Notes: generated by a model from the letters alone, not told the origin. DNA of 64,000 bases from Thalassobaculaceae bacterium (GCA_965228875.1 OZ245843.1:2090616-2154615), one strand, 5' to 3'; counted from the first letter of the stretch, positions 28,723-38,341 are shown. A program made the numbers and translations.

Positions 28723-31527
28723 ATGGCCCGCACCCCGAAGAAGCCGCTGGACGTTGAAGCCCTGACACACGATGAGGCTCGGCGGCGGAACATCCCGACC
28801 GCAGAGCTTCAACCGATGATGCGACCCGAGGACCTGGACCCCCGGGAGGTTCGGTATCAGCGGAACCATGACCTCGATCCCCAGCTCATGTGGCGGGGCA
28901 AGGACGAGCAGGACTGGTCTGATCTGGTGGTTAACGCCCCACCGCTCTTCATCCAGGAGAAGGTGCATCCCAAGGTTTTGATCGATGACTTGATCCGCCA
29001 GAGCAAGGAGGCCCGCAAGGACGACGACCAGGACGACACGCCCGACCTGTTTGCGGACTTCAATGGGATCGATCCGGAGGCCAAAGCCGAGTTCTACGAG
29101 CACGACCAGAACTGGACCAACCGCATGATCCTGGGCGACAGCCTTCAGGTCATGGCGAGCTTGGCCGAGAAGGAAGGGCTACGCGGCAAGGTCCAGTGCA
29201 TCTATTTCGACCCACCGTACGGCATCAAATTCAATTCGAACTTCCAGTGGTCGACCACGAGCCGCGACGTGAAGGACGGCAATGCCGCCCACATCACCCG
29301 CGAGCCGGAGCAGGTGAAGGCATTTCGGGATACGTGGCGAGACGGCATTCATTCGTACCTGACGTACCTCCGAGACCGCCTCACAATAGCCAGAGACCTA
29401 TTGACAGAGAGCGGCTCGCTCTTTGTCCAGATCGGAGATGCAAATCTTGCGAGCGTTAAATCAATACTAGATGAAGTGTTTGGGGGCGATAACTTCGTTA
29501 GCGTTATTACGCTTCAAAAGACCACTGCACAAGCAAGTTCTCTTTTACCTAACGTGGGTGACTACATACTTTTTTTCGCAAAGAGCAAACCTAACTGTAA
29601 GTACAGAACCCTATTTCACCCAAAGAGCACCGAGAACGGATTTGGTGAATATGTCTGGGTTCGAGATTCCGAGTACAAGGAGCGGACCTTAACTCGTGCG
29701 GAACGGACGCGAGAGGTCAAAATATCTGATGACCTTGAACTATTCCGTCAAGACTCTATGGTGTCGCAGGGCTCGGGCTCGGAAGACCCTCAAATAAACA
29801 TAATGGGAGCGACCCGCCATCCAGGAAAAAGTAGTCACTGGAAGACCCATAAACTTGGCGTTGAACGTCTGGCAAGAGCAGATCGCGTAATTCCATCTGG
29901 TCGAGTTCTAAAGTACAAGCGATTTAGAGATGATTTTCCCGTATATCCTATTGTTAACATATGGAATGACACATCCACTGGGGGATCGTCTACAGACCCG
30001 CGGATTTACGTTGTCCAAACAGTATCAAAGGTCATCGAGCGGTGCATCTTGATGACGACCGACCCGGGCGACCTCGTTCTTGACCCCACCTGCGGCTCAG
30101 GGACAACCGCATTTGTTGCAGAGCAGTGGGGCCGTCGATGGATCACCATCGATACTTCTCGGGTTGCATTAGCCCTCGCCCGAGCACGAATCATGGGGGC
30201 TCGATATCCGTACTATTTGCTTTCCGACAGCCCAGAGGGTCAGCAGAGGGAAGCCGAGGTCAGCCGGTCGGTGCCATCTACAGCACCAACACGCAGGGAC
30301 ATCCGTCACGGATTTGTCTACGAACGTGTTCCGCACATCACCCTGAAATCGATTGCCAACAATAGTGAGATCGATGTGATCTGGGATCGGTTCCAGGAAA
30401 CACTGGAACCATTGCGGTCTGACTTGAACGCTATCCTCGGCGAGGCGTGGGAGGAGTGGGAAATCCCTCGTGCGGCCGACGCACGCTGGCCTGACTCAGC
30501 AAAGGCTATCCACAAGAGCTGGTGGGAGGCACGGATCGAACGGCAGGTGGAGATCGACGCTTCCATCGCCGCGAAGGCCGAGCAGGAATACCTCTACGAC
30601 CGACCATATGTGGACAACTCCCGGGTCCGTGTAGCTGGACCGTTCACTGTCGAGAGCCTGTCGCCGCACCGCGTTTTGGCGGTCGACGAGAACGACGAGT
30701 TGATCCACGAGGTCGAAGCCGCCGAGGGCAAGCGGAAGGGCCCGGTCTGGTCCGGCGATGGGGTCGATTTCGCCACCATGGTGATCGAAACCCTGAAGGT
30801 CTCCGGGGTGCAGCAGCCCCACAAGGAGGACCGCATCACTTTCACCTCGATCTCGCCCTGGCCGGGTCGGTTCATCGGGGCCGAGGGAAGGTTCCTGGAG
30901 GGCGACGCAGAGAAGAAAGCTGCGATCCTGATCGGCCCGGAGTTCGGCACCGTGTCCCGTCCCGACCTAGTCGCCGCGGTCCGCGAGGCTGCCGACGGCG
31001 GGTTCGACGTGCTGATTGCCTGTGCCTTCAACTTCGACGCCCACTCGTCCGAGTTCGAAGGCATCGGCCGCATCCCAGTCCTGAAGGCCCGGATGAACCC
31101 CGACCTCCATATGTCGGACGAGTTGAAGACCACCAAGTCCGGCAATCTGTTCGTGGTGTTCGGCGAGCCCGACATCGACATCCAGGATGCAGGCGACAAT
31201 CGCATCCGGGTGAAGATCAACGGCGTCGACGTGTTCCACCCGGCGACCGGCGAGATCGAATCCGGCGGGCCGGAGAACATCGCCTGCTGGTTCATCGACA
31301 CCGACTACAACGAAGAGAGCTTCTTCGTCCGCCACGCTTACTTCCTGGGGGCATCAGACCCGTACAAGGCTTTGAAGACGACGCTGAAGGCAGAGGTCGA
31401 CGAAGACGCCTGGGCGAGCCTCTACAGCGACACCTCACGCCCGTTCGAACGCCCGTCCACCGGCCGGATCGCGGTGAAGGTGATCAACCACCTCGGTGAC
31501 GAGGTGATGAAGGTGTTCGGGGTGTGA
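28723..31527 (+). CDS. Type III RM DNA adenine methyltransferase (Mod)
   Basis: GDSL, GKVQCIYFDPPYG (motif IV) precedes PGDLVLDPTCGSGTT (motif I): beta-class order with a central TRD. Confidence 0.93.
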   Translation: MARTPKKPLDVEALTHDEARRRNIPTAELQPMMRPEDLDPREVRYQRNHDLDPQLMWRGKDEQDWSDLVVNAPPLFIQEKVHPKVLIDDLIRQSKEARKDDDQDDTPDLFADFNGIDPEAKAEFYEHDQNWTNRMILGDSLQVMASLAEKEGLRGKVQCIYFDPPYGIKFNSNFQWSTTSRDVKDGNAAHITREPEQVKAFRDTWRDGIHSYLTYLRDRLTIARDLLTESGSLFVQIGDANLASVKSILDEVFGGDNFVSVITLQKTTAQASSLLPNVGDYILFFAKSKPNCKYRTLFHPKSTENGFGEYVWVRDSEYKERTLTRAERTREVKISDDLELFRQDSMVSQGSGSEDPQINIMGATRHPGKSSHWKTHKLGVERLARADRVIPSGRVLKYKRFRDDFPVYPIVNIWNDTSTGGSSTDPRIYVVQTVSKVIERCILMTTDPGDLVLDPTCGSGTTAFVAEQWGRRWITIDTSRVALALARARIMGARYPYYLLSDSPEGQQREAEVSRSVPSTAPTRRDIRHGFVYERVPHITLKSIANNSEIDVIWDRFQETLEPLRSDLNAILGEAWEEWEIPRAADARWPDSAKAIHKSWWEARIERQVEIDASIAAKAEQEYLYDRPYVDNSRVRVAGPFTVESLSPHRVLAVDENDELIHEVEAAEGKRKGPVWSGDGVDFATMVIETLKVSGVQQPHKEDRITFTSISPWPGRFIGAEGRFLEGDAEKKAAILIGPEFGTVSRPDLVAAVREAADGGFDVLIACAFNFDAHSSEFEGIGRIPVLKARMNPDLHMSDELKTTKSGNLFVVFGEPDIDIQDAGDNRIRVKINGVDVFHPATGEIESGGPENIACWFIDTDYNEESFFVRHAYFLGASDPYKALKTTLKAEVDEDAWASLYSDTSRPFERPSTGRIAVKVINHLGDEVMKVFGV

Positions 31528-31540
31528 GGGGGACTAAGAG

Positions 31541-32161
31541 ATGCTTCGCCTAGAGATCGACGGCAGATGGAATCCCGAGGATTTTATTGAAGTAATTCAG
31601 TCTGTCGAAGCAATATACTATCAGTCGTATTTTAGCGATGTTGAACATTTAGGTTGGTTAGACCGCGATTTGTTACATGCAATTCGCAGAAGAGATGCTC
31701 CATTTTCGGAGGACGTAATTCTGTCCAACCACCACTTTCTCAATTACTCAAGAACAATGGTACGTACCACTGATCGTATCACTGTGCGTCGAATATCATA
31801 TGCATCGCCCGGAGAGATCGATTTTCTTGGAATTGGAAAAGCTTGCGAATCTTTAGCGAACATAGTTGGAAGGATTGTTACCCACTTTGAGGAGAAAGAA
31901 CTCAGACGGGAGAAGCTGCTCCAGGTAAAAATAGAAACAGATCGGCAGAGAATTGAAGTTGAAAAGGATTATGAATCTCTTCGGACTGTACGTATCGAGA
32001 ATTATTGAAGAATCCTGGAGTTGAATGCGGAGTTTCCTGATGAAATAGACGGGATAATGATCGCCAGAGTCATACAGAATCACGAAAAAATTGAAGATAT
32101 AGTACGTTCTGGGAAATTAATTGGAGCACAGTATTTGGATGACGAAAGGGGTGATTGGTAG
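31541..32161 (+). pseudogene. AT-rich hypothetical ORF split by one in-frame TGA (32006-32008)
   Basis: After the TGA the same frame stays open for 50 codons to TAG at 32159-32161, 3 bp before the helicase ATG. Contains ISYASPGEIDFLG and a coiled-coil-like stretch. Confidence 0.7.
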
Positions 32162-32164
32162 AAA

Positions 32165-34237
32165 ATGCAATTCCGCATCTCCGACACCTTCACCGACAGC
32201 CTGACGAAGCTGAGCGGCCAGGAGCAGAAGGCGGTCAAGACGACTGCGTTCGACCTGCAACTCGATCCCGCCAATCCCGGGATGCAGTTCCACCGGATCG
32301 ACCATAGCAAGGATAGGAACTTCTGGTCGGTCCGGGTGAGCCGCGACCTCCGGCTGATCGTCCATAAGACCGAGGCGAGCTTCCTGCTCTGCTATGCCGG
32401 TCACCATGACGACGCCTACCGATGGGCCGAACGCCGGAAGATCGAACGGCATCCGCGAACCGGAGCCGCTCAGCTCGTCGAGCTGCGGGAAACCGTCGAG
32501 GAGGCGACAAGGGTCGTTCCAGCCCAGGTCGACGCCGAACCTCAGTCGTCCGCTCCACTGCTTTTCCAAGGGTACGCAGACGACGATCTCCTCCAGTACG
32601 GCGTGCCGGAGGAGTGGCTGGCAGACGTGCTGGCAGCGACAGAGGAAACGCTGTTCACCGTCGCGGAGAAGCTGCCACAGGAAGCGGCGGAAGCCCTGCT
32701 CGAACTGGCGACTGGGGGAACACCCGCCCGGCCAGCCTCCACCGCGGCTTCCGTCGATCCGTTCGAGCATCCCGACGCCGAGCGTCGGTTCCGCGTCCTC
32801 ACCAACGCCGAGGAGCTTGAACGGGCCCTTGAGTATCCCTGGGAGAAGTGGACGGTCTTCCTGCATCCGTCCCAGCGGCAGCTCGTCGAACGCGACACGT
32901 CGGGACCGACCCGCGTGGCAGGGTCGGCAGGTACCGGCAAGACCGTCGTGGCTCTGCACAGGGCCGTTCACCTGGCGAAGACGCACCCCGGGGCCAAGGT
33001 CCTCGTCACCACGTTCTCTCGGACCCTGGCGAACGCCTTGAGGCTGAAGCTCTCCCGTCTCGCTGGGAAGAACACGCCGCTCAGCCGGCGGATCGACGTG
33101 CACGCGGTGGAAGAGATCAGCGTCGACCTGCATTCACGGGTGTTCGGGACGCCGACCATCGCAAGCGACTACGACATCGCCAACGCATTGACGTCGGCTG
33201 CGAACGGTCTCGGTGAGAGCGGCTTCACGAAGGAGTTTCTTCTTTCCGAATGGCGGGACGTGGTCGACGCTTGGCAGCTACGTGACTGGGAAGCCTATCG
33301 GGATGTGGCCCGGCTCGGCCGGAAGACCCGGATCGGCGGCCGCCAGCGGGAGAAGCTGTGGGCCGTCTTTGAACGGGTCTGGACTGACCTGGGTCAGAAG
33401 GGGCTCGCCACCCTCGCCGAGGTGCAGAGCCGTGTCGCAAACCGGATCGTCGAGAAGGAGTGGCGACCCTACGGGTACGTGGTCGTCGACGAAGCCCAGG
33501 ACGTCGGCGTCGCGGAGCTGAGGCTCCTGGCAGCCCTGGGAGCTGGTCATCCGGATGGTCTGTTCCTGGCTGGCGACCTCGGACAACGAATCTTCCAACA
33601 GCCGTTCTCCTGGAAGACCCTCGGCGTGGACATCCGCGGACGCTCCCACACGCTCCGGATCAACTACCGGACGTCGCACCAGATCAGAGTACAGGCCGAC
33701 CGCCTGCTGCCGAAGGAAGTCAGCGACGTGGACGGCGTCTCGGTATCGCGGGAGGGCACCCAGTCTGTCTTCAACGGCCCGGCCCCGCTGATCGACGTAC
33801 TCGACGACGAGGATGCCGAGATCGAACGCGTGGCGGGCTGGATCAAATGTCTCGAAGCCGAAGGCGTGCACCCGGAGGAGATCGGGGTGTTCGTTCGGAC
33901 CCGAGACCAGCTGGACCGGGCTCGCCAGGCCGTCGACCAATCCGGCAACGAACCCGGTGAACTCTCGAACCGGGTGGAGATCGGCAAGGACCAGATCGCC
34001 ATCGGCACCATGCACCTGGCCAAGGGACTGGAGTTCAAGGCGGTCGCCGTGATGGCGTGCGACGATGAAATCCTCCCCCTGCAATCACGGGTCGAGGCGG
34101 TCGGCGACATGTCCGATCTGGACGAGGTCTACGCGACCGAACGGCACCTCCTCTATGTCGCGTGCACCCGGGCTCGGGACTACCTGCTCGTCACCGGCGT
34201 CAACCCGGCGTCAGAGTTCCTCGACGACCTGAACTGA
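32165..34237 (+). CDS. UvrD-like SF1 helicase with N-terminal RelE/ParE-like domain
   Basis: GSAGTGKT, VVDEAQD, GDLGQRIF, NYRT, TMHLAKGLEF, LYVACTRA. N-terminus F..SL.KL...P..PG..FH.I...WSVRV..DLRLIV. Confidence 0.87.
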   Translation: MQFRISDTFTDSLTKLSGQEQKAVKTTAFDLQLDPANPGMQFHRIDHSKDRNFWSVRVSRDLRLIVHKTEASFLLCYAGHHDDAYRWAERRKIERHPRTGAAQLVELRETVEEATRVVPAQVDAEPQSSAPLLFQGYADDDLLQYGVPEEWLADVLAATEETLFTVAEKLPQEAAEALLELATGGTPARPASTAASVDPFEHPDAERRFRVLTNAEELERALEYPWEKWTVFLHPSQRQLVERDTSGPTRVAGSAGTGKTVVALHRAVHLAKTHPGAKVLVTTFSRTLANALRLKLSRLAGKNTPLSRRIDVHAVEEISVDLHSRVFGTPTIASDYDIANALTSAANGLGESGFTKEFLLSEWRDVVDAWQLRDWEAYRDVARLGRKTRIGGRQREKLWAVFERVWTDLGQKGLATLAEVQSRVANRIVEKEWRPYGYVVVDEAQDVGVAELRLLAALGAGHPDGLFLAGDLGQRIFQQPFSWKTLGVDIRGRSHTLRINYRTSHQIRVQADRLLPKEVSDVDGVSVSREGTQSVFNGPAPLIDVLDDEDAEIERVAGWIKCLEAEGVHPEEIGVFVRTRDQLDRARQAVDQSGNEPGELSNRVEIGKDQIAIGTMHLAKGLEFKAVAVMACDDEILPLQSRVEAVGDMSDLDEVYATERHLLYVACTRARDYLLVTGVNPASEFLDDLN

Positions 34238-34260
34238 GCACCAGGCCGGGGGGAATCGTC

Positions 34261-34932
34261 ATGCTCTACGTATCGAAGCCGGTGACGGAACCTACCGACA
34301 TCATACCCTTCCTCGGCAAGGGCGAGGCTCACTGGCGGAAGGGCTACTCGGCATATGAACTCGCCCACTCTTGGGTGAACGCGGGAGGTATTCCCGACAG
34401 TATGCGGGCTGTTCTGGACCAAGCCGCGGAGTACCGGGACGCCCGGCTGATCGAAGGGTTCTTCGAGCGGGAAACGCAGCTCAGGTCCAAGGGCAGACCA
34501 AGCCAGACCGATCTCCTAGCTTTGATCAACTCGCCATCCGGGTACGCCGTTCTCGGGATCGAGGGGAAGGTGAACGAGACCCTCGGCCCCCTGGTCAGTG
34601 AGTGGATCGCGAAACCGACTACGGGCAAGCACGAGCGTCTGCGTGTCCTCTGCTCCACCCTTGGACTGGAACCAGACGCGGTTGGCCACCTGCGGTACCA
34701 ACTACTCCACCGCACCTGTGCGGCGATCTACGAGGCCCAAGGATACGCCGTGGATCGGGCCGCAATGCTCGTTCACTCGTTCAGTGCCCAGCACGCATGG
34801 TTCGAGGATTTCCAGGCATTCGTCGTTGCACTTGGGTTGAAGGTTCCGAGCGTGAACGGAATATCGACGACAACGGACCTAGAGGGGATCAGCGTCCGGC
34901 TGGGCTGGGTCGCTGATTCGCCTACACCTTAA
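34261..34932 (+). CDS. DUF6946-like protein, putative PD-(D/E)XK nuclease
   Basis: HWRKGYSAYELAHSW, SQTDLL...IEGKVNE, LRYQLLHR, MLVHSF. Confidence 0.7.
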   Translation: MLYVSKPVTEPTDIIPFLGKGEAHWRKGYSAYELAHSWVNAGGIPDSMRAVLDQAAEYRDARLIEGFFERETQLRSKGRPSQTDLLALINSPSGYAVLGIEGKVNETLGPLVSEWIAKPTTGKHERLRVLCSTLGLEPDAVGHLRYQLLHRTCAAIYEAQGYAVDRAAMLVHSFSAQHAWFEDFQAFVVALGLKVPSVNGISTTTDLEGISVRLGWVADSPTP

Positions 34933-34968
34933 TGATGCCGTGCCGACAGTCGCACGAATGACAGTTTT

Positions 34969-35877
34969 CTAGAGCCTACGCGTTATTGATTTGATCCAAG
35001 CCATAGATTGATCAATGACCCAATCAGTGTGGTGGGAGTTCATTTTGGGATCAGTTTGATTTCCGGCCCCATGCCCCATTGGGTTCCGAACCTTTGCGAA
35101 AAACAGCTTGAGCAAATCACCTTCCCAAACTTCCAGAAAACGGCCGTTCTTCTGTGAGACAAGATTGTCGATGTAGTTCGCGGCTCCCTTCTCCGTGCCA
35201 GACGTCCAACCTTTATGGTCCGAGACAATCTTGATTGTGCTCTCAAGAGCCTTTGCCGCATGAAAAGCTGGATCAACCCCGTTGTTCGCTCGAGTATCGA
35301 AAGCGTCCTTCATTTCGTCATCAACGCTCTTCCACATCGGGTCGCTGATAGCCGTCCAAAATGGCGTCTCTAACTCGGCCTCAGACAAATCGTCATCGGC
35401 AAGCTGAAAAACACCTGCATGGAATCGGTACGGGAACTGGGCTCGGCGAAGACGCTCGTTAAGCTCTGTGAGCAAGCGTGCCGCGAAAGCACCTTTGCCC
35501 GCCTTCTTTAAGGGAATCTCTATTCCTCTCAGCAACAACTCCGCCAAGCTCAATTTTTGGCGGTAGAATTCTCCTGTCGATTGTTTCCGGAAACCTGGAT
35601 GCTCCATCTGACCGATGAAGATTTGACAGGCGGTCTCATGATCAATCACGGTTGGCATATACACGTTTCCAATTACACGTTTCATCAGCTCGTTCACGCC
35701 TAGCTCTCTTGAGAGTATCTCGTAACAAACTTTGCAACGTTCTCTTCTATTATAGACGTGGCGTAGTCCCCCTTCGAATATTACAGAAGATATCTGATGG
35801 AACACCCGAGCATATCGGTCGTCATTGATATCATTAAAAGCCCCTGGATTTCTGTCATAGAAAACATCTGCAATCAT
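34969..35877 (-). CDS. AbiJ-like abortive infection protein with C-terminal HEPN domain
   Basis: AAKALES..KI, then RxxxxH motif RNPMGH; AT-richer than host genes. Confidence 0.72.
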   Translation of the reverse strand: MIADVFYDRNPGAFNDINDDRYARVFHQISSVIFEGGLRHVYNRRERCKVCYEILSRELGVNELMKRVIGNVYMPTVIDHETACQIFIGQMEHPGFRKQSTGEFYRQKLSLAELLLRGIEIPLKKAGKGAFAARLLTELNERLRRAQFPYRFHAGVFQLADDDLSEAELETPFWTAISDPMWKSVDDEMKDAFDTRANNGVDPAFHAAKALESTIKIVSDHKGWTSGTEKGAANYIDNLVSQKNGRFLEVWEGDLLKLFFAKVRNPMGHGAGNQTDPKMNSHHTDWVIDQSMAWIKSITRRL

Positions 35878-35897
35878 GACCCACCCTTACTAACGAC

Positions 35898-36018
35898 CGT
35901 TTCTGAGACGTCTCATGTCACGATGGACCGAGACCGCCGAACAGCCCGTCTCCGGTTCTCATAACTGTATCTCAAAACCTGGTCTCTCGATCTCACCCAG
36001 TTCGACGTTTTCGAGAAC
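35898..36018. promoter_or_regulatory. Candidate resolvase res/binding sites
   Basis: Repeated TCTC(A/G)NAA(A)C-like half-sites in both orientations and palindrome TGAGACGTCTCA (35904-35915), upstream of the resolvase. Confidence 0.45.
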
Positions 36019-36305
36019 CGCCATGCCCTCGTTGAGCCAGACCAGACACCGGCGATAGGGAGCGACCTGACCACTTCGTTCGCCGTGTCGTTAATCAAGC
36101 GAGACGCACCTCGCTTTACCAACGGACCGCGTTGATAAAACGATGCCTGATGAAACTCTAAGATGGATCGTCGACGGTCAGACAAACAAACCCGAATATT
36201 TATGTAATTTCTCCGAATCAATCACATACTATTATTGAAATAATTGACAACACGTACAGTATATGGCATTATGTTACCCGATATTTCACAGTAGAAGAGA
36301 TCAAC

Positions 36306-36875
36306 ATGCGAATCGGATACTTTCGTGTTTCTACCATTGATCAGAATCCGGACCTTCAGCGGGACGCCCTGACCAATGCCGGCTGTGAGCGTCTGTTCGA
36401 AGACTGCATGACCGGCACCAAGAAGGACCGACCGGGTCTGACCGAAGCTCTCGCATTTGCTCGTCCGGGGGACACGATCACGGTGTGGCGGCTCGACCGA
36501 CTGGGTCGCTCCCTCAAAGATCTCCTCGAAATCGTCGCCGACCTCGAAGAGCGTGGTGTGGGGCTCCGATCCCTCACCGAATCCATCGACACGTCGAGCA
36601 GTGGGGGGCGGTTGATCTTCTCGATCTTCGGTGCCATCGGCGAGTTCGAACGGAACCTGATCCGGGAACGCACCATTGCAGGGCTCGATGCGGCCCGTCG
36701 TCGTGGTCGTACCGGCGGACGGCCGAAGGCCCTCTCTGACCGGGACATCCTTGCAGCTAAGGCGATGCTGAGCGACGCGACATTGACGGTGTCCGAGGTC
36801 GCGGATCGGCTGGGCATTAGCGTTCCGACGCTCTACCGGCATATGCCGGGTGGTAGAAGCGGCCGAGCTGCGTGA
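36306..36875 (+). CDS. Serine recombinase (resolvase/invertase family)
   Basis: MRIGYFRVST..Q, DRPGL, GDTITVWRLDRLGRS, EFERNLIRERT, GGRP, C-terminal HTH. Confidence 0.95.
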   Translation: MRIGYFRVSTIDQNPDLQRDALTNAGCERLFEDCMTGTKKDRPGLTEALAFARPGDTITVWRLDRLGRSLKDLLEIVADLEERGVGLRSLTESIDTSSSGGRLIFSIFGAIGEFERNLIRERTIAGLDAARRRGRTGGRPKALSDRDILAAKAMLSDATLTVSEVADRLGISVPTLYRHMPGGRSGRAA

Positions 36876-36908
36876 GCATCAACCAACCGCCACTGGCGGC
36901 TGCGACAA

Positions 36909-37154
36909 TCAATCGGTCGTGGGAGGCAGAGTGGCAACGGGGCTCTTCGTCATCTCCAGCCCTTTCGACCCCGCGTAGTCGCGTGTCAGATAGAACTGTA
37001 TCTTCCCCATTGCTCCTTCGAGAGCCTGCATGGCCGTATCGTTGTAATCGGTGTCCGGCCTTCCCTTCCGCTCCTCCAGATAGACCTTCAGTGCACGCCA
37101 CGCTTGGTAGCATTCCTCGTGGGTCAGTTCGACGAGCCGCCGCTTTGGTTCCAC
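36909..37154 (-). CDS. Small hypothetical protein downstream of rep
   Basis: GGAGAGGGG RBS before GTG at 37154; 81 aa with helical character. Confidence 0.5.
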   Translation of the reverse strand: MEPKRRLVELTHEECYQAWRALKVYLEERKGRPDTDYNDTAMQALEGAMGKIQFYLTRDYAGSKGLEMTKSPVATLPPTTD

Positions 37155-37249
37155 GTATGCCCCCTCTCCGGTTCTATGCACGAACGTACCGCAGAACCGT
37201 CGGAAACCCGCAGAAACATTCGCCAATCTGGAGGGCGAGTTTATAACGC

Positions 37250-38341
37250 TTAGCAACCATGATGAACGAGATCACTGAGCATTGTCTCAGGATGAGACTT
37301 GTAGAGTGAATCGATATCATTGAGATCACGATCAACGACATCACTGGTATGTAGATCGTTAAACAAAATACAAGAATCAGGGTCCATGTCCTTGTATATC
37401 CGTTGATCAATTAGCATCATCAATGCCTGCTCTACATGGTGATAGATTTCGGATTCCCTCTTAGCCGAATTGAGGTTCATTGATAGTCGCTGAGAGTTCC
37501 TATTTAACACCCTCCTGTTCTCGATGAGGATAGGACGAAGAAGATCAGCTTTATCCCCCGCTTGGTGATCCAGCTTTCGTTTGACCTGATACTCAGCCCA
37601 ACCGCCGACGCCCAGCTTCTCAACACCCTTGGCATCCTTGTTAGATCGTACATTCGCCACGCGAACCTGATTTACACCCCTGTAGAATCTCTTCATATCC
37701 ATAGTCAGTTGCGGGGTTGTCCTGTCGCCTCCAACCGCCAACCCGTGGAAATGCAGTTTCACGACCAAGTCGTCGTCCAGCAATCCATCTCGCCACGTTT
37801 CATCCGCAAGGGAACCAAGGGGGACGTCTTTCACCAAATGGTACGAATCCTCGACTGTTCCACTCACGGGCAAGCCTGAAAACACCTGTCCTAACGCACG
37901 ACGAAGCCTCTTCTTCATATTTGTCAGAGATGTCTTGGTGAGTTGGTTTGCCGGGATGATCTCAAGGTTCACATTGAGGCATCTAAGTTCACTGAGCCCA
38001 TAGCCATCGAACGCCATTTTAAAGTTGTGACGAGCTTTTTTCTTCGGTGATCGGGGCTTACTGGCCTCAACTACCTCGCATTCCATCTCGTCCTCATCCA
38101 CGTAGTAGGAGGTCGAGGCTGCCTTCACGTCGGTATGATAGCTGTCGTTGCTGCACCGATAGCAAAACTCGGAGTAGCAAGGAGAAGGTCGACCGCATCG
38201 CTCCAGTCGCTTTCGCTCCACCGCGAACCTTCGGTCGACCTGGATCAAATCGCGATAAGCTTGGAATTCCTTCTTGCGACGATCAGCGGGAGATGCCGGT
38301 CTCTTCGCCCTCATCTGTTCGAGCATTGTAGGCTTGTGCAC
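37250..38341 (-). CDS. HUH endonuclease, rolling-circle replication initiator-like (Rep_1/pC194-like)
   Basis: Cys cluster C-x5-CYSEFCYRC, motif 1-like CLNVN, GTVE, HUH KLHFHGL, motif 3 WAEYQVK; GGAG RBS before GTG. Confidence 0.72.
   Translation of the reverse strand: MHKPTMLEQMRAKRPASPADRRKKEFQAYRDLIQVDRRFAVERKRLERCGRPSPCYSEFCYRCSNDSYHTDVKAASTSYYVDEDEMECEVVEASKPRSPKKKARHNFKMAFDGYGLSELRCLNVNLEIIPANQLTKTSLTNMKKRLRRALGQVFSGLPVSGTVEDSYHLVKDVPLGSLADETWRDGLLDDDLVVKLHFHGLAVGGDRTTPQLTMDMKRFYRGVNQVRVANVRSNKDAKGVEKLGVGGWAEYQVKRKLDHQAGDKADLLRPILIENRRVLNRNSQRLSMNLNSAKRESEIYHHVEQALMMLIDQRIYKDMDPDSCILFNDLHTSDVVDRDLNDIDSLYKSHPETMLSDLVHHGC

Noticed and set aside
28723..31527. Phase-variable mod (phasevarion)
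   Set aside because: No simple sequence repeat tract seen in or upstream of the gene.
35913..36221. 102-aa minus-strand ORF upstream of the AbiJ-like gene
   Set aside because: No clear RBS or motif; overlaps probable res and promoter DNA.
36306..36875. Tn3-family transposon
   Set aside because: No TnpA and no terminal GGGG-type inverted repeats seen.
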